A DNA stretch of 64,000 nucleotides, from assembly GCF_034439495.1 (NCBI RefSeq), contig NZ_JAWXAM010000045.1. One strand, written 5' to 3'. Below the pieces are notes generated by a model. That model had not been told where the DNA came from. It searched no databases and saw only the letters and a list, made by a program, of their open reading frames with translations. The position numbers and the translations under genes are program-made. How positions within the stretch are numbered: position 1 is the stretch's first letter; each line of letters opens with the position of its first letter. Shown piece by piece: positions 10,036 through 18,921 of this stretch. This DNA comes from Terricaulis sp. GTDB taxonomy: Bacteria > Pseudomonadota > Alphaproteobacteria > Caulobacterales > Aquidulcibacteraceae.

Positions 10036-10968
10036 ATGGACCCGCGCCTCCTAAAACCCGCCGCGCCGACTGACCCGCGCACGCAAGTGCGCCAGGCGCA
10101 TCTGATGCTGACCGGCAAGCTCCCGTCGTTTGGCAACGAAGCGATCAAACTGGTGGAAGCCGCGTGTGCGCAGAAATCAGCTGAAGCTCTGCTATACCAC
10201 GCAGCGCTCGCCGCGCGTGGGCACGGCCGCGCGCAAAACTTCGATCACGCGTTCAGATATGTGCAGGAGGCTGCGGCTCTGGGCGATACCCGCGCTAAGG
10301 GCCAGCTCATGGCCCTGGAAAACAAATTCGACCGGCAAGCATGGCTCACGCCTGTCGCTTTGCAGCAGCATCACGCCGCGCCGCGTGTGTTCACGGTGGA
10401 GAAATTCATCTCCAAGCCGGTGTGCAATTGGCTGATGAAGCAGGCGCGCAAGAACCTTCAGCGCGCCACTGTGCAACTCGCGGCCAAAAGCGGCGCCGCC
10501 GCGGTCGACAACGCCCGTTCCAATTCAGTGGCGGGCTCGCATCCGCTACAACCGGACTTGGTGATGCAGCTGGTGAACCAGAAGATCGCCGCCACGATCG
10601 GTGTGCCCGTGGCGCATCAGGAAACCACCAACATTCTGCACTATGCACGTGGCGAGCAATACATCCCGCACTTCGACTTTTTCACCGAGGCGGAAGAGGC
10701 GGGCTTCGCGCACGAGATGCGCACCATTGGCCAGCGCATTTGCACCTTTCTGATCTATCTCAACGATGGCTATGAGGGCGGTGAGACGAACTTCCCGCGC
10801 CTCGATTGGCGCTTCAAGGGCAAGCCTGGCGATGCGTTGATCTTCTGGAATCTCTCTGCTGACGGCCAGCGCGAGCTGCTTTCGCTGCATGCCGGCCTGC
10901 CGGTGACGAAGGGGGAGAAGTGGCTCTTGTCGAAATGGGTGCGCCAGCGCCCTGTGCCCGTGGCTTAG
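10036..10968 (+). CDS. Sel1-like repeat + prolyl-4-hydroxylase-like 2OG-Fe(II) oxygenase (copy 3)
   Basis: YIPHFDF, LHAG, KWLLSKW; same architecture as copies 1 and 2. Confidence 0.85.
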   Translation: MDPRLLKPAAPTDPRTQVRQAHLMLTGKLPSFGNEAIKLVEAACAQKSAEALLYHAALAARGHGRAQNFDHAFRYVQEAAALGDTRAKGQLMALENKFDRQAWLTPVALQQHHAAPRVFTVEKFISKPVCNWLMKQARKNLQRATVQLAAKSGAAAVDNARSNSVAGSHPLQPDLVMQLVNQKIAATIGVPVAHQETTNILHYARGEQYIPHFDFFTEAEEAGFAHEMRTIGQRICTFLIYLNDGYEGGETNFPRLDWRFKGKPGDALIFWNLSADGQRELLSLHAGLPVTKGEKWLLSKWVRQRPVPVA

Positions 10969-11032
10969 CGGCGCCGTTGATCTGAACCGCGCGCTGTGAA
11001 AGGAAGGCCGCGCATTTCGCGCGGGAATCATC

Positions 11033-12280
11033 ATGTCTCAGCCCAAAGTCAAGAAGGTCGTGCTCGCCTATTCCGGCGGCCTCGACACCTCCATCATCCT
11101 GAAATGGCTGGAGGAGACGTATGGCTGCGAGGTCGTCACCTTTACGGCTGATCTCGGCCAGGGCGAAGAGCTCGCGCCCGCGCGCGAGAAAGCGCTGAAG
11201 ATGGGCGTGAAGCCGGATAACATCTTCATCGACGATCTGCGCGAAGAGTTCGTGCGCGACTTCGTCTTCCCGATGTTCCGCGCCAATACTTTGTACGAAG
11301 GCCAGTATCTGCTCGGCACTTCGATCGCGCGGCCGCTGATCGCCAAGCGCCAGATCGAGATCGCCAACATGGTCGGCGCCGACGCGGTGTGCCACGGCGC
11401 GACCGGCAAGGGCAATGACCAGGTCCGTTTCGAAGTCAGCTACTACGCGCTGAAGCCGGACGTGAGAGTGATCGCGCCGTGGCGCGAGTGGAGCTTCGAG
11501 GGCCGCCCCGATCTCATCGCCTACGCCAAGAAGCACGGCATCCAGATCGCGCAAGGCAAAGAGCAAGTCGCGCCGTTTTCGATCGACGCGAACCTGCTGC
11601 ACACGTCGAGCGAGGGCCTCGCGCTCGAAGATCCCGACGTCGAAGTGCCGGAGATTGTCACCAAGCGCGGCGACCGCCGCACCATCACGCCGGAAGAGGC
11701 GCCCGATCAGGCCGAGACGGTCACGCTCAGTTTCGAGCGCGGCGATCTCGTCGCCATCAACGGCAAGCCTATGAAGGCGCACGAGCTGCTCGCGGAGTTG
11801 AATCGGCTCGGCTCCAAGCACGGCATCGGCGGCCTCGATCTGGTCGAGAACCGCTATGTCGGCATGAAGTCGCGCGGCTTCTACGAAACGCCGGGCGGCA
11901 CGATCCTTTGGTACGGCCACCGCGCCATAGAGAGCATCACGCTCGATCGCGGCGCCATGCATCTGAAGGACGAGCTGATGCCGCGCTATGCGAGCATCAT
12001 CTATAACGGCTTCTGGTGGACGCCCGAGCGGCTAATGCTGCAAGCCGCGATCGACGCCAGCCAAGGCAGCGTCACTGGTGATGTGAAGCTGAAGCTCTAC
12101 AAAGGTGGCGTCCGCACCGTGGGCCGCTCATCGCCATACTCGCTCTACTCAAAAGCCCTGGTCGGCTTCGACGAAGCCGGCGGCTACAACCAGGCCGACG
12201 CCGAAGGCTTCATCAAACTCAACGCATTGCGCCTGCGAATTTTGGCGGAGCGCGATAAGAAGCGCGGGAAGAACGAGTAG
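11033..12280 (+). CDS. argG: Argininosuccinate synthase
   Basis: [27 protein letters not shown] and [10 protein letters not shown] motifs. Confidence 0.98.
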   Translation: MSQPKVKKVVLAYSGGLDTSIILKWLEETYGCEVVTFTADLGQGEELAPAREKALKMGVKPDNIFIDDLREEFVRDFVFPMFRANTLYEGQYLLGTSIARPLIAKRQIEIANMVGADAVCHGATGKGNDQVRFEVSYYALKPDVRVIAPWREWSFEGRPDLIAYAKKHGIQIAQGKEQVAPFSIDANLLHTSSEGLALEDPDVEVPEIVTKRGDRRTITPEEAPDQAETVTLSFERGDLVAINGKPMKAHELLAELNRLGSKHGIGGLDLVENRYVGMKSRGFYETPGGTILWYGHRAIESITLDRGAMHLKDELMPRYASIIYNGFWWTPERLMLQAAIDASQGSVTGDVKLKLYKGGVRTVGRSSPYSLYSKALVGFDEAGGYNQADAEGFIKLNALRLRILAERDKKRGKNE

Positions 12281-12283
12281 CGC

Positions 12284-12769
12284 TCAAGCCCGCGTAAACT
12301 CCATCCACCAATTCACTTCCCACGTCGCGCCGCCGTCAGCCGAGAACGCTTGCTCCCAGCGTGCTGAGTTCGCGGTGATCTCGGACCACTGGAAATAGAC
12401 GCGGATAGCGCGACCGTTGAAGGTGTCGTCGGCCTCGAAGCGGCCGACACCGTCGTGGAAACCGCCGCGGACCGGCGGTTCGAGCGAATTGCTGCGTTCG
12501 TCGAACCACCAGATCGACCACAGGCGGGTCTCCGGATTGAAGACGCGCACCGCCATGGCGCGGTAGGCGCCGGCGGGCAGGTCGAGCCAATTGTCGTCCA
12601 TGTTGCCGAAGCCATTGAGCGTCGGGACCATCGTGCACGCGCCGTCGAACTCGTCCCACTCAGTTGAGCCGACTAGGCGCTCCTTCAAGCGATGATGGCG
12701 GACGTTCCAGCTCCCGATCAGCCAATCCCAATCGTGACGGTGGCGTTCGAGATCTTCGGCTTCTGACAT
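12284..12769 (-). CDS. DUF1579 domain protein
   Basis: HDWDWLIGSWNVRHHRL and ARWEQAFSADGGATWEVNW pattern. Confidence 0.8.
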   Translation of the reverse strand: MSEAEDLERHRHDWDWLIGSWNVRHHRLKERLVGSTEWDEFDGACTMVPTLNGFGNMDDNWLDLPAGAYRAMAVRVFNPETRLWSIWWFDERSNSLEPPVRGGFHDGVGRFEADDTFNGRAIRVYFQWSEITANSARWEQAFSADGGATWEVNWWMEFTRA

Positions 12770-12982
12770 AGGCGCGCTCCTGCTCTACGAGGTTCATATG
12801 CACGCATACCTGCCAGCGTGTGTCAGGTATTAGAGAGCGCTCTAAATGATCGCGGAATCAGGGCGTGGATTTTCGCCCTCTATCCCACACCATCGCCAGC
12901 AAAAACCCAGAGCAATCAAGCACCAGCGCAAAACGTATCCTACAGCGCAAAACCTGAGCGATACTCACCTTATCCTTCACAC

Positions 12983-13302
12983 GGGAGGTCTCGTTGCTAG
13001 CCGAGCATCCAGACGTGAATGACGCGATCGAGCGTGATGCTGATGTCAGCCAGCCAGCGTGCTGGCGATGCTGATGTCGGCTGAAGCCCGCGGGAGAAGC
13101 AGCGTAAGGCGCCAACCGCGGGAGGATACCGGGCTTTACAGGCAAAAGTCCGCACGCGGTCGGGGACCTATCCAGGGGAGTGAAAAACCTCCCTGTGACG
13201 GCCCGATCGAAAACGCATCGCGACAGGGCGCGTGGTTTGCGCATAGCCAGTCGTAAGACTGGATGACTATCTACTCGGCGCACTCCACGCGCCCTGCCTC
13301 CC
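12983..13302 (+). ncRNA. Candidate large structured non-coding RNA (~320 nt), family unassigned
   Basis: Terminal pairing GGGAGG/CCTCCC, 12-bp perfect helix 13224-13235/13285-13296, CCAGTC-GTAA-GACTGG hairpin, 9-bp helix 13082-13090/13130-13138; TATCCT -10-like hexamer 6 nt upstream; no credible ORF. Confidence 0.6.
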
Positions 13303-13346
13303 GAACGCGCCGCGCGCGGTCCGGCCGCAGGCGCTCTTTCTTATTT

Positions 13347-14849
13347 CTATCGGGAAGGCTCGCCGGCGGGCAGGCGCGATTGCGCTTCTTCCAGCATGCC
13401 GCGCGCTACTTCGGCATTGCCGCCGCCGTGTGGATCGAACGCCACTGCGCGCAGCATTGGAATGGCCTCGGCATGGCGGTCATTCGCCATCAGCGCGTAC
13501 GCGGCATTGATGCTGATTTCGTCGATTTGCGGCGCCAACTGGTTCGCCAGCATCAGCACGTTGAGATAATTCTCCAGCGCGGGCCGATCCATCATCACGC
13601 CGTCAAAGGACTGCGCGTAGCGATAGAGCGAAGGGACATGGTTTGGATTGCGCTGGTAAGCGCGGCCGAACAGTCGCCGTGCTTGGCTCTGAAGCGTTCG
13701 CTCTGCGTCACCCTCGGCTTCTTCCGCGTCCGTGAGATAGGAGAGCCCGCTGAGGTAGAGCGCCTCTACGTCGTCGGGATTTGACTCGATGAGGGGGGCG
13801 AGGACAGCGCGCGCCTGTTCGGTTTCGCCAAGACGGATCTCCGCAAAAGCGCGCGTTAGGCTGGAGAACCGATCGCTTTGGCCTTCAGTGAGTGAGCGCA
13901 CCCGTGAAAGCACTTCAGTGCGCGAGGCATCGCCGACGCCGTAGCGAATGCTGGTGTAGAGCGGCAAGAGATTGTTGGCGCTCACCGGTAAGCGCGTGAC
14001 TTGCACGCGCGAAAGATCAACCTGCGCGGGTCGGTTCAGCGCCAGCGCGTTAGGCGAGCCGCGATAGTAGCGGCGCAATTCGGATAAAAATTCCGCGGGC
14101 GTTACGCCAAAGCCGGATTGGAACGCCGAAACCGGATCTTGGCCCAGCCGCAGCGCGCGCATATAGGCGTGAAATTGCTCCATCTTGCCGGGTGTCAGCA
14201 CCAGGTAGTGCGTCATCAGCCAGCTCTGTGCGTAGAACAAATTAGCTTCGCGCGGGTCGCGGAGTTCAAACGGGGAAACCGTGATCAGCCGCTCGATCGG
14301 CATCCAGGTCTCGTTGCGCAGCGCATAGAAGCGCCCTTCGCTGCTTCGCCCGAGCACAATTCGGTCCGTGCCGAGTTGCGCCGTGGACATAAATTCCGCG
14401 AAGCCCTCAACGTACCAAGCTGGATACGCATTGGCGAAATGCTGAAACATGAAATGGTGAGCGTACTCATGGAAGAGAACATCGCGATTGCTGAGGCCGC
14501 CGTCGCGGTAAATGGCGAACGCAGCGATCTGATCGACGCGGGCGGCATAAAGGCCGGCGATTGAATCGCGCATGTTTGGAAAAGTTTGGCGAAACTCGTC
14601 TTCGGAAAAGAGATAGACTTCGAGCTTCGTTGGCGAGCGTTCACCCGTGGCTTCCGTCATCCGCCGCAGCAGCGCGTCGAACGTCTCGAGTTCGTTGGCC
14701 AGGCCGCGTATGGCGCGATCTGGAACCGCGCCGTGGACAATAAAACCCTCAGTTTCGGCGCGGAGCCAGCGTCCGTCCTGCGCTGCGACGGACGTCGCGA
14801 ACGCAGCGAGGAGGCTGAGCGAAACCAAGAAAGAAATGAAATGCCGCAT
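13347..14849 (-). CDS. Secreted HEXXH zinc-peptidase-like (DUF1570-like) protein with C-terminal TPR-like repeats
   Basis: Signal peptide; VLFHEYAH...PAWYVEGFAEF; helical repeats such as NPDDVEALYLSG. Confidence 0.7.
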   Translation of the reverse strand: MRHFISFLVSLSLLAAFATSVAAQDGRWLRAETEGFIVHGAVPDRAIRGLANELETFDALLRRMTEATGERSPTKLEVYLFSEDEFRQTFPNMRDSIAGLYAARVDQIAAFAIYRDGGLSNRDVLFHEYAHHFMFQHFANAYPAWYVEGFAEFMSTAQLGTDRIVLGRSSEGRFYALRNETWMPIERLITVSPFELRDPREANLFYAQSWLMTHYLVLTPGKMEQFHAYMRALRLGQDPVSAFQSGFGVTPAEFLSELRRYYRGSPNALALNRPAQVDLSRVQVTRLPVSANNLLPLYTSIRYGVGDASRTEVLSRVRSLTEGQSDRFSSLTRAFAEIRLGETEQARAVLAPLIESNPDDVEALYLSGLSYLTDAEEAEGDAERTLQSQARRLFGRAYQRNPNHVPSLYRYAQSFDGVMMDRPALENYLNVLMLANQLAPQIDEISINAAYALMANDRHAEAIPMLRAVAFDPHGGGNAEVARGMLEEAQSRLPAGEPSR

Positions 14850-14969
14850 GTTTGCCTCCCCACGGCGTAACCTTAGGTGGAGCCAAACGCGCCTTCAACT
14901 GGCGGATTAAACGATGTTTTGAATCAGACGGTTGCGCCGGCGCTTGAAGCGCCGGCGCGGTGTCTGAGC

Positions 14970-15335
14970 TTACGTCCAGTACTGATCGACCTTGTAGAAC
15001 GCGAAGCTTTGGTCGCGATACGCGAGGCCGTCATTCTTGGTGAGCTCGGCGATGGTGTCAGCAGGCGCCGCTTTCAGCTCTTCCTCGGTGAACGGGACGA
15101 CATAGGCGTCTTCGTTCTCATCGTAGTTCAAGACAGCCCATGGAAGCGGGTGAAACTTCTCACCGATCTTCAAGAAGCCGCCGAAGCCGACAACGGCGAA
15201 CAGGATTGAGTTCGATTGCTTGTCGAGCACGAGATCTTCGACGGTGCCGATCTTGTTGCCTTGCGTGTCCTTTACGGACGTGCCGATGACTTTCTTCGCG
15301 CTAATGGCGGTCGTGTGTCCTGCTGGCGTGGGCAT
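14970..15335 (-). CDS. PRC-barrel domain protein
   Basis: AKKVIGTSVKDTQGNKIGTVEDLVLD...YAVVGFGGFL-type motif and PLPW. Confidence 0.9.
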   Translation of the reverse strand: MPTPAGHTTAISAKKVIGTSVKDTQGNKIGTVEDLVLDKQSNSILFAVVGFGGFLKIGEKFHPLPWAVLNYDENEDAYVVPFTEEELKAAPADTIAELTKNDGLAYRDQSFAFYKVDQYWT

Positions 15336-15373
15336 GGGGGCTCGCTCCTCGTTTTGGTCTGGGGAGCCTGATG

Positions 15374-15398
15374 AACAGATTGCGAGACGCTTCGTTCC
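15374..15398 (-). promoter_or_regulatory. EcfG/sigmaT (general stress response)-type promoter of the PRC-barrel gene
   Basis: Minus strand reads GGAAC-N16-TGTT, one mismatch to the GGAAC-N16/17-CGTT consensus; about 40 bp upstream of the ATG. Confidence 0.5.
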
Positions 15399-15417
15399 GC
15401 TGCGTGCGGTGTTGTGC

Positions 15418-16095
15418 TCAGAGCACCAAGCCGTACAGCACAGCGCCGTAATGGCCTGCCGCTCCGATGATCACGCACGCATGCCAAAGCGCGCGGCGGA
15501 ACGGGATAGCGTGATTGAGGTAGAGCAGCACGCCGCCGGAATAGGTGACTCCCGCGACCACGAGCATGACGATCGCCAGTGGCGGCAGCGTCGGCACAAC
15601 GGGGCCAAGCACCAAAACCGCGAGCCAGCCAAAGGCCAGATAGATCAAGCTCCAAGCCCGATCAGAGAGGCGGGTGTAGAAAACTTTCCCGGCTGCGCCG
15701 GCAAACGCCATCATCCATATCGCGACCGTCACCGCGATCGCGAAATCCGGCGGCAGCAACTGGATCGTGAACGGCGTGTAAGAGCCGGCGATCATCAGAA
15801 AGATCGCAGCTTCGTCGATGCGGCGCAGAATACGGCGGTATGGGTTCGGCCGAGTGAGATTGTAGACGGCCGAAGCCGCCAGCATCGCCATCAAGCACAT
15901 GGCGTAAATGGCGCCAGCAGTCGCCATCGGCACGCCGCGATTAACCAAGGCCACCGAAACCAGAAGTCCGCCGCCGATCAGCGCCGCGAGGATCCCAACC
16001 GCATGCACGATGCCGTCCGCCGCATGCTCGACCCGGTTCGGGTAGTGCTCGGCGAGCTCTTGCTCGTCTGCAGTGAGGAGATCCGATAGGGCCAT
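15418..16095 (-). CDS. Haemolysin III / PAQR family membrane protein
   Basis: RRIDEAAIFLMIAGSYTP and ALWHACVI motifs; about seven TM segments. Confidence 0.9.
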   Translation of the reverse strand: MALSDLLTADEQELAEHYPNRVEHAADGIVHAVGILAALIGGGLLVSVALVNRGVPMATAGAIYAMCLMAMLAASAVYNLTRPNPYRRILRRIDEAAIFLMIAGSYTPFTIQLLPPDFAIAVTVAIWMMAFAGAAGKVFYTRLSDRAWSLIYLAFGWLAVLVLGPVVPTLPPLAIVMLVVAGVTYSGGVLLYLNHAIPFRRALWHACVIIGAAGHYGAVLYGLVL

Positions 16096-16293
16096 TCTGG
16101 CGGTACTCGTTTTGTTATTGGGCGCGATGAGAGACGCGCCTCACCGCACACTAGTTCCTCCGGCTTAATGCCCGATGATCCAAACTGAGTTTTTCATGCA
16201 ACACAAACGCTTGAGCTTGCGGCGCGCGTGCAACGTAAACCATGCGCGCGGCGCGCGTTCGCGGTTGGCGCGATTTTCGCACGCGTGCGGCGC

Positions 16294-16545
16294 ATGCCAA
16301 CCAAACGTCCCAATGCGGAAGCTTTGCGCGCCGAGGCCCGGCTGTTGACGACGGCGGGACTGCTCCTGCTCGGCGTTGGTTTTCCTGTGACGCTACTGCT
16401 GGTCGCCAGCGCGCTGAGCGGCGGCGGCGTTTCGCCATTCGTGCCGGTCGCGGCCGGCGCACCGCCAATCATGCTCGGCTACCTCGCGTGCCACTTCGCA
16501 TCTCAACGCATGCTGAAGGCAAAGCAGCTCGAAGGCGGGCGCTGA
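16294..16545 (+). CDS. Small two-TM hypothetical membrane protein
   Basis: MPTKRPNAE... followed by two hydrophobic helices; start re-picked. Confidence 0.55.
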   Translation: MPTKRPNAEALRAEARLLTTAGLLLLGVGFPVTLLLVASALSGGGVSPFVPVAAGAPPIMLGYLACHFASQRMLKAKQLEGGR

Positions 16546-16784
16546 GCATTGCGTTTTTGCGCATGCGTGCGCGAATACTTGAAACCTGCGTCACGCCGTG
16601 CGCGCGCCCATAGCGCTGAAAAAGCGGGCGTTTCATGATTACCGCGCCGTTAGCTGGCAGCCGTAAGCCGCCAGTGCTAGCCGCGCATCAGTATTGACTT
16701 GGTAATGGCGCCTCAGTCAGCCTTCATATCAGAGGAACTGGAAGGACAGCGTCAGCGTCTGTTAAGCACAAGGGTCAACGGCAC

Positions 16785-17051
16785 ATGCAGCACGACGAGC
16801 TTAAACTGCGTCTGGATGGCTGGCGTCTCGCCACCGCCGAAGTGCTTTACTATATGCCGGACCACCCCTCGCTGCTGCAGAGCTTCATGTGGCAGACGCT
16901 TGATCTGGCCCCGGACTATCCGCGTCTCCACAAATTCCTGAACTTCTGGAAGCGCGAGATCGACGCCGTCATTCACTCTGTGCGCTTGGCGACGGGCGAG
17001 ACGATCGCACCGCCCAAGTTCGCGACGGCGGATCACTGGCTACATCATTAG
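16785..17051 (+). CDS. usg: Usg-family protein
   Basis: TAEVLYYMPDHPSLLQSFMWQTLDLAPDYPRL...W...I...HSV, the Usg signature. Confidence 0.9.
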   Translation: MQHDELKLRLDGWRLATAEVLYYMPDHPSLLQSFMWQTLDLAPDYPRLHKFLNFWKREIDAVIHSVRLATGETIAPPKFATADHWLHH

Positions 17052-17137
17052 TTAGCGCGCTTCACTCGTTTGGGATTGGCGGCATGCGCCTCTCTTCACC
17101 ATACTGTGTTGGGTAGGGATCAAACGGAGACCAATCC

Positions 17138-17668
17138 ATGCGAGCGCTCATGCTTGCGGTTGCCGCCGGGCTGCTTACCGCCTGCGCGACCGCGACGCCG
17201 TATCAACCGGGCGCGCCTGGCGCACCCGGCGCTTACGGCTTCACCGAACAACAAATCGAATCCAACCGCACCCGCATCACGTTCCGCGGAAATACGCTCA
17301 CCGATCGCGAGACGGTGGAGACGTATCTGCTCTACCGCGCCGCTGAGGTGACGCTGCAGGGCGGCTACGACTATTTCATCGTCGCCAACCGCGACACGGA
17401 AGAGCGGTCCCGGCTACAGAGCACCGGCCCGCGCAATCCGCGCTTCGGATTTGACTATTGGTACTTCTCGCCGCGCCGCGGCTGGAGCCCCTGGTATGAT
17501 CCGTTCTGGTCGGAGCCTTCGAGCTATCGTGAAGTGACCCGTTACGAAGCCATGGCCGAGATCGCGATGTTCCGTGGCCAGAAGCCGTCGGAAGATCCGA
17601 ACGCTTTCGATGCGCGCGAAGTGCAGCAGAATCTGCAAGGCCGTATCGTCCGGCCACCGGCGAGCTAG
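17138..17668 (+). CDS. Lipoprotein, CC0125/CC1285-like family
   Basis: Lipobox LTAC; ATPYQP, FRGNTLTDRETVETYLLYRAAE. Confidence 0.8.
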   Translation: MRALMLAVAAGLLTACATATPYQPGAPGAPGAYGFTEQQIESNRTRITFRGNTLTDRETVETYLLYRAAEVTLQGGYDYFIVANRDTEERSRLQSTGPRNPRFGFDYWYFSPRRGWSPWYDPFWSEPSSYREVTRYEAMAEIAMFRGQKPSEDPNAFDAREVQQNLQGRIVRPPAS

Positions 17669-18555
17669 GGCCCTTCGACCGCGATCCCGCGCGCGCGCAG
17701 AAGATCAACAACGCTGTCGTCGCCGACCAAGTGCGCGGCGCCGACAGCGATGAAGATGCGCCCTGAGCCGTCGAGCCTCCGCGCGACTTCATCGGCCCAG
17801 GCGCGATTGCGTTCGAGTATAATTGCTTCGTGGATCCCCGGTCCCACGTCGCGCCATTGCGGTTCAAGGACGCGCGCAAGCTCTTCAACGTCGCCTCGCG
17901 CCCAAGCGGTGTCCATCGCGGTCAGCGCATCCGTGCCTGCTTCGATGTCGATCAGTGTTTGCGAGAGAAAGCGCGCTTCGTCCGCCGGCGGCAGGGAGGC
18001 AAGAATTTCGATCTGTTGCGCAGCGGTCTCAAGATAGCTCAGCTTCAGTCCGCGTGCTCGCGCCTCAGGCATCAGCACGGCTTCAACGCCTGCTTCGGGC
18101 CTATGCCCCGCGCGTAGCGTCGCCGCATAGGAAAGTTGTAGCGCAGCCAGCCAGGGTCGCTGACGTTCAAGAGTGCTCGCCTCTAAGCTCAACAAATGCG
18201 CGACGCGTTGAAGCCGCCCGACGTCGTTCGGCTCGAGTTGGCGCGAGAGGCTTTCGTCGGCTGGAAGTGCGCCCAGTTCTTGGGTGAGGCGGTTTATCTC
18301 TCTGACTGCGGCTTCGCCGGTGTCCGTCTCGGTGACGAACTCCTCGGCGCGCGCGAACGCCGCCTCGAACCGTGGTCCGCGCCACTCCAGATCGGGCGGC
18401 AACATATGCACCGTGCCGTAAAGCCAAATTTCGCTATCGGCGTCGGTGATGCGCCAGAGCGCGGGTTCGCTGGCGGGCGCTGCCGGAGCACAGCTGCCGA
18501 CAGCCGCCGCGGCCAGCGCGAAAAGGGCGGAGAAAAGCGCGCGCATCGGCCCCAT
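17665..18555 (-). CDS. TraB/GumN family protein
   Basis: PALWRI...LYGTVHMLP, GVE, LET, RNRAW, FIAVGAAHL motifs. Confidence 0.9.
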   Translation of the reverse strand: MGPMRALFSALFALAAAAVGSCAPAAPASEPALWRITDADSEIWLYGTVHMLPPDLEWRGPRFEAAFARAEEFVTETDTGEAAVREINRLTQELGALPADESLSRQLEPNDVGRLQRVAHLLSLEASTLERQRPWLAALQLSYAATLRAGHRPEAGVEAVLMPEARARGLKLSYLETAAQQIEILASLPPADEARFLSQTLIDIEAGTDALTAMDTAWARGDVEELARVLEPQWRDVGPGIHEAIILERNRAWADEVARRLDGSGRIFIAVGAAHLVGDDSVVDLLRARGIAVEGP

Positions 18556-18626
18556 GACTCGCCTCGACGGGGCCGCTTGGCAAGGCTCGCCTTTGCCCTA
18601 AAGCTCCGCTATAGCCGCCGCTGTCC

Positions 18627-18703
<77 letters not shown>

Positions 18704-18714
18704 GACACTTTCCG

Positions 18715-18921
18715 CTAGAGTCGGCTCAGATTCACCGCGAAGCTGCGCTTCAGGGCGCGGTCGGTTTTGATGTCGAAGCTCAGCCGGTCGCCGTCGTCGA
18801 TGCGGGCAAAGTTGGCGCGCTCAATCTCATTGGCGTGCACGGAAATATCCGCACCGCCCCGATCTGGTGCAATCAAACCCACACCGCGGCGCGAGTCGTA
18901 AGATTTCACCGTGCCGTTCAT
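18715..18921 (-). CDS. Atypical cold-shock domain protein
   Basis: MNGTVK...[19 protein letters not shown] aligns to the CSD fold, but RNP1/RNP2 are degenerate. Confidence 0.75.
   Translation of the reverse strand: MNGTVKSYDSRRGVGLIAPDRGGADISVHANEIERANFARIDDGDRLSFDIKTDRALKRSFAVNLSRL

Noticed and set aside
12831-12846. TTAGAG-AGCG-CTCTAA palindrome resembling the ends of alphaproteobacterial intergenic repeats
   Set aside because: Single short copy; I found no second copy in the window, so it cannot be called a repeat family.
12858-13283. ORFs 12858-13283 (-) and 13059-13256 (+)
   Set aside because: No RBS, atypical composition and no motif; the base-pairing pattern explains the region better.
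12983-13302. RNase P RNA, SRP RNA, tmRNA, or group I/II intron as the identity of the structured RNA
   Set aside because: GCAAAAGTCC only loosely resembles RNase P GAGGAAAGTCC and the other conserved regions are missing. There is no SRP GGAA/AGCAG loop, no tRNA-like TTCGA arm or tag frame, no group II domain V, and no interrupted host gene.
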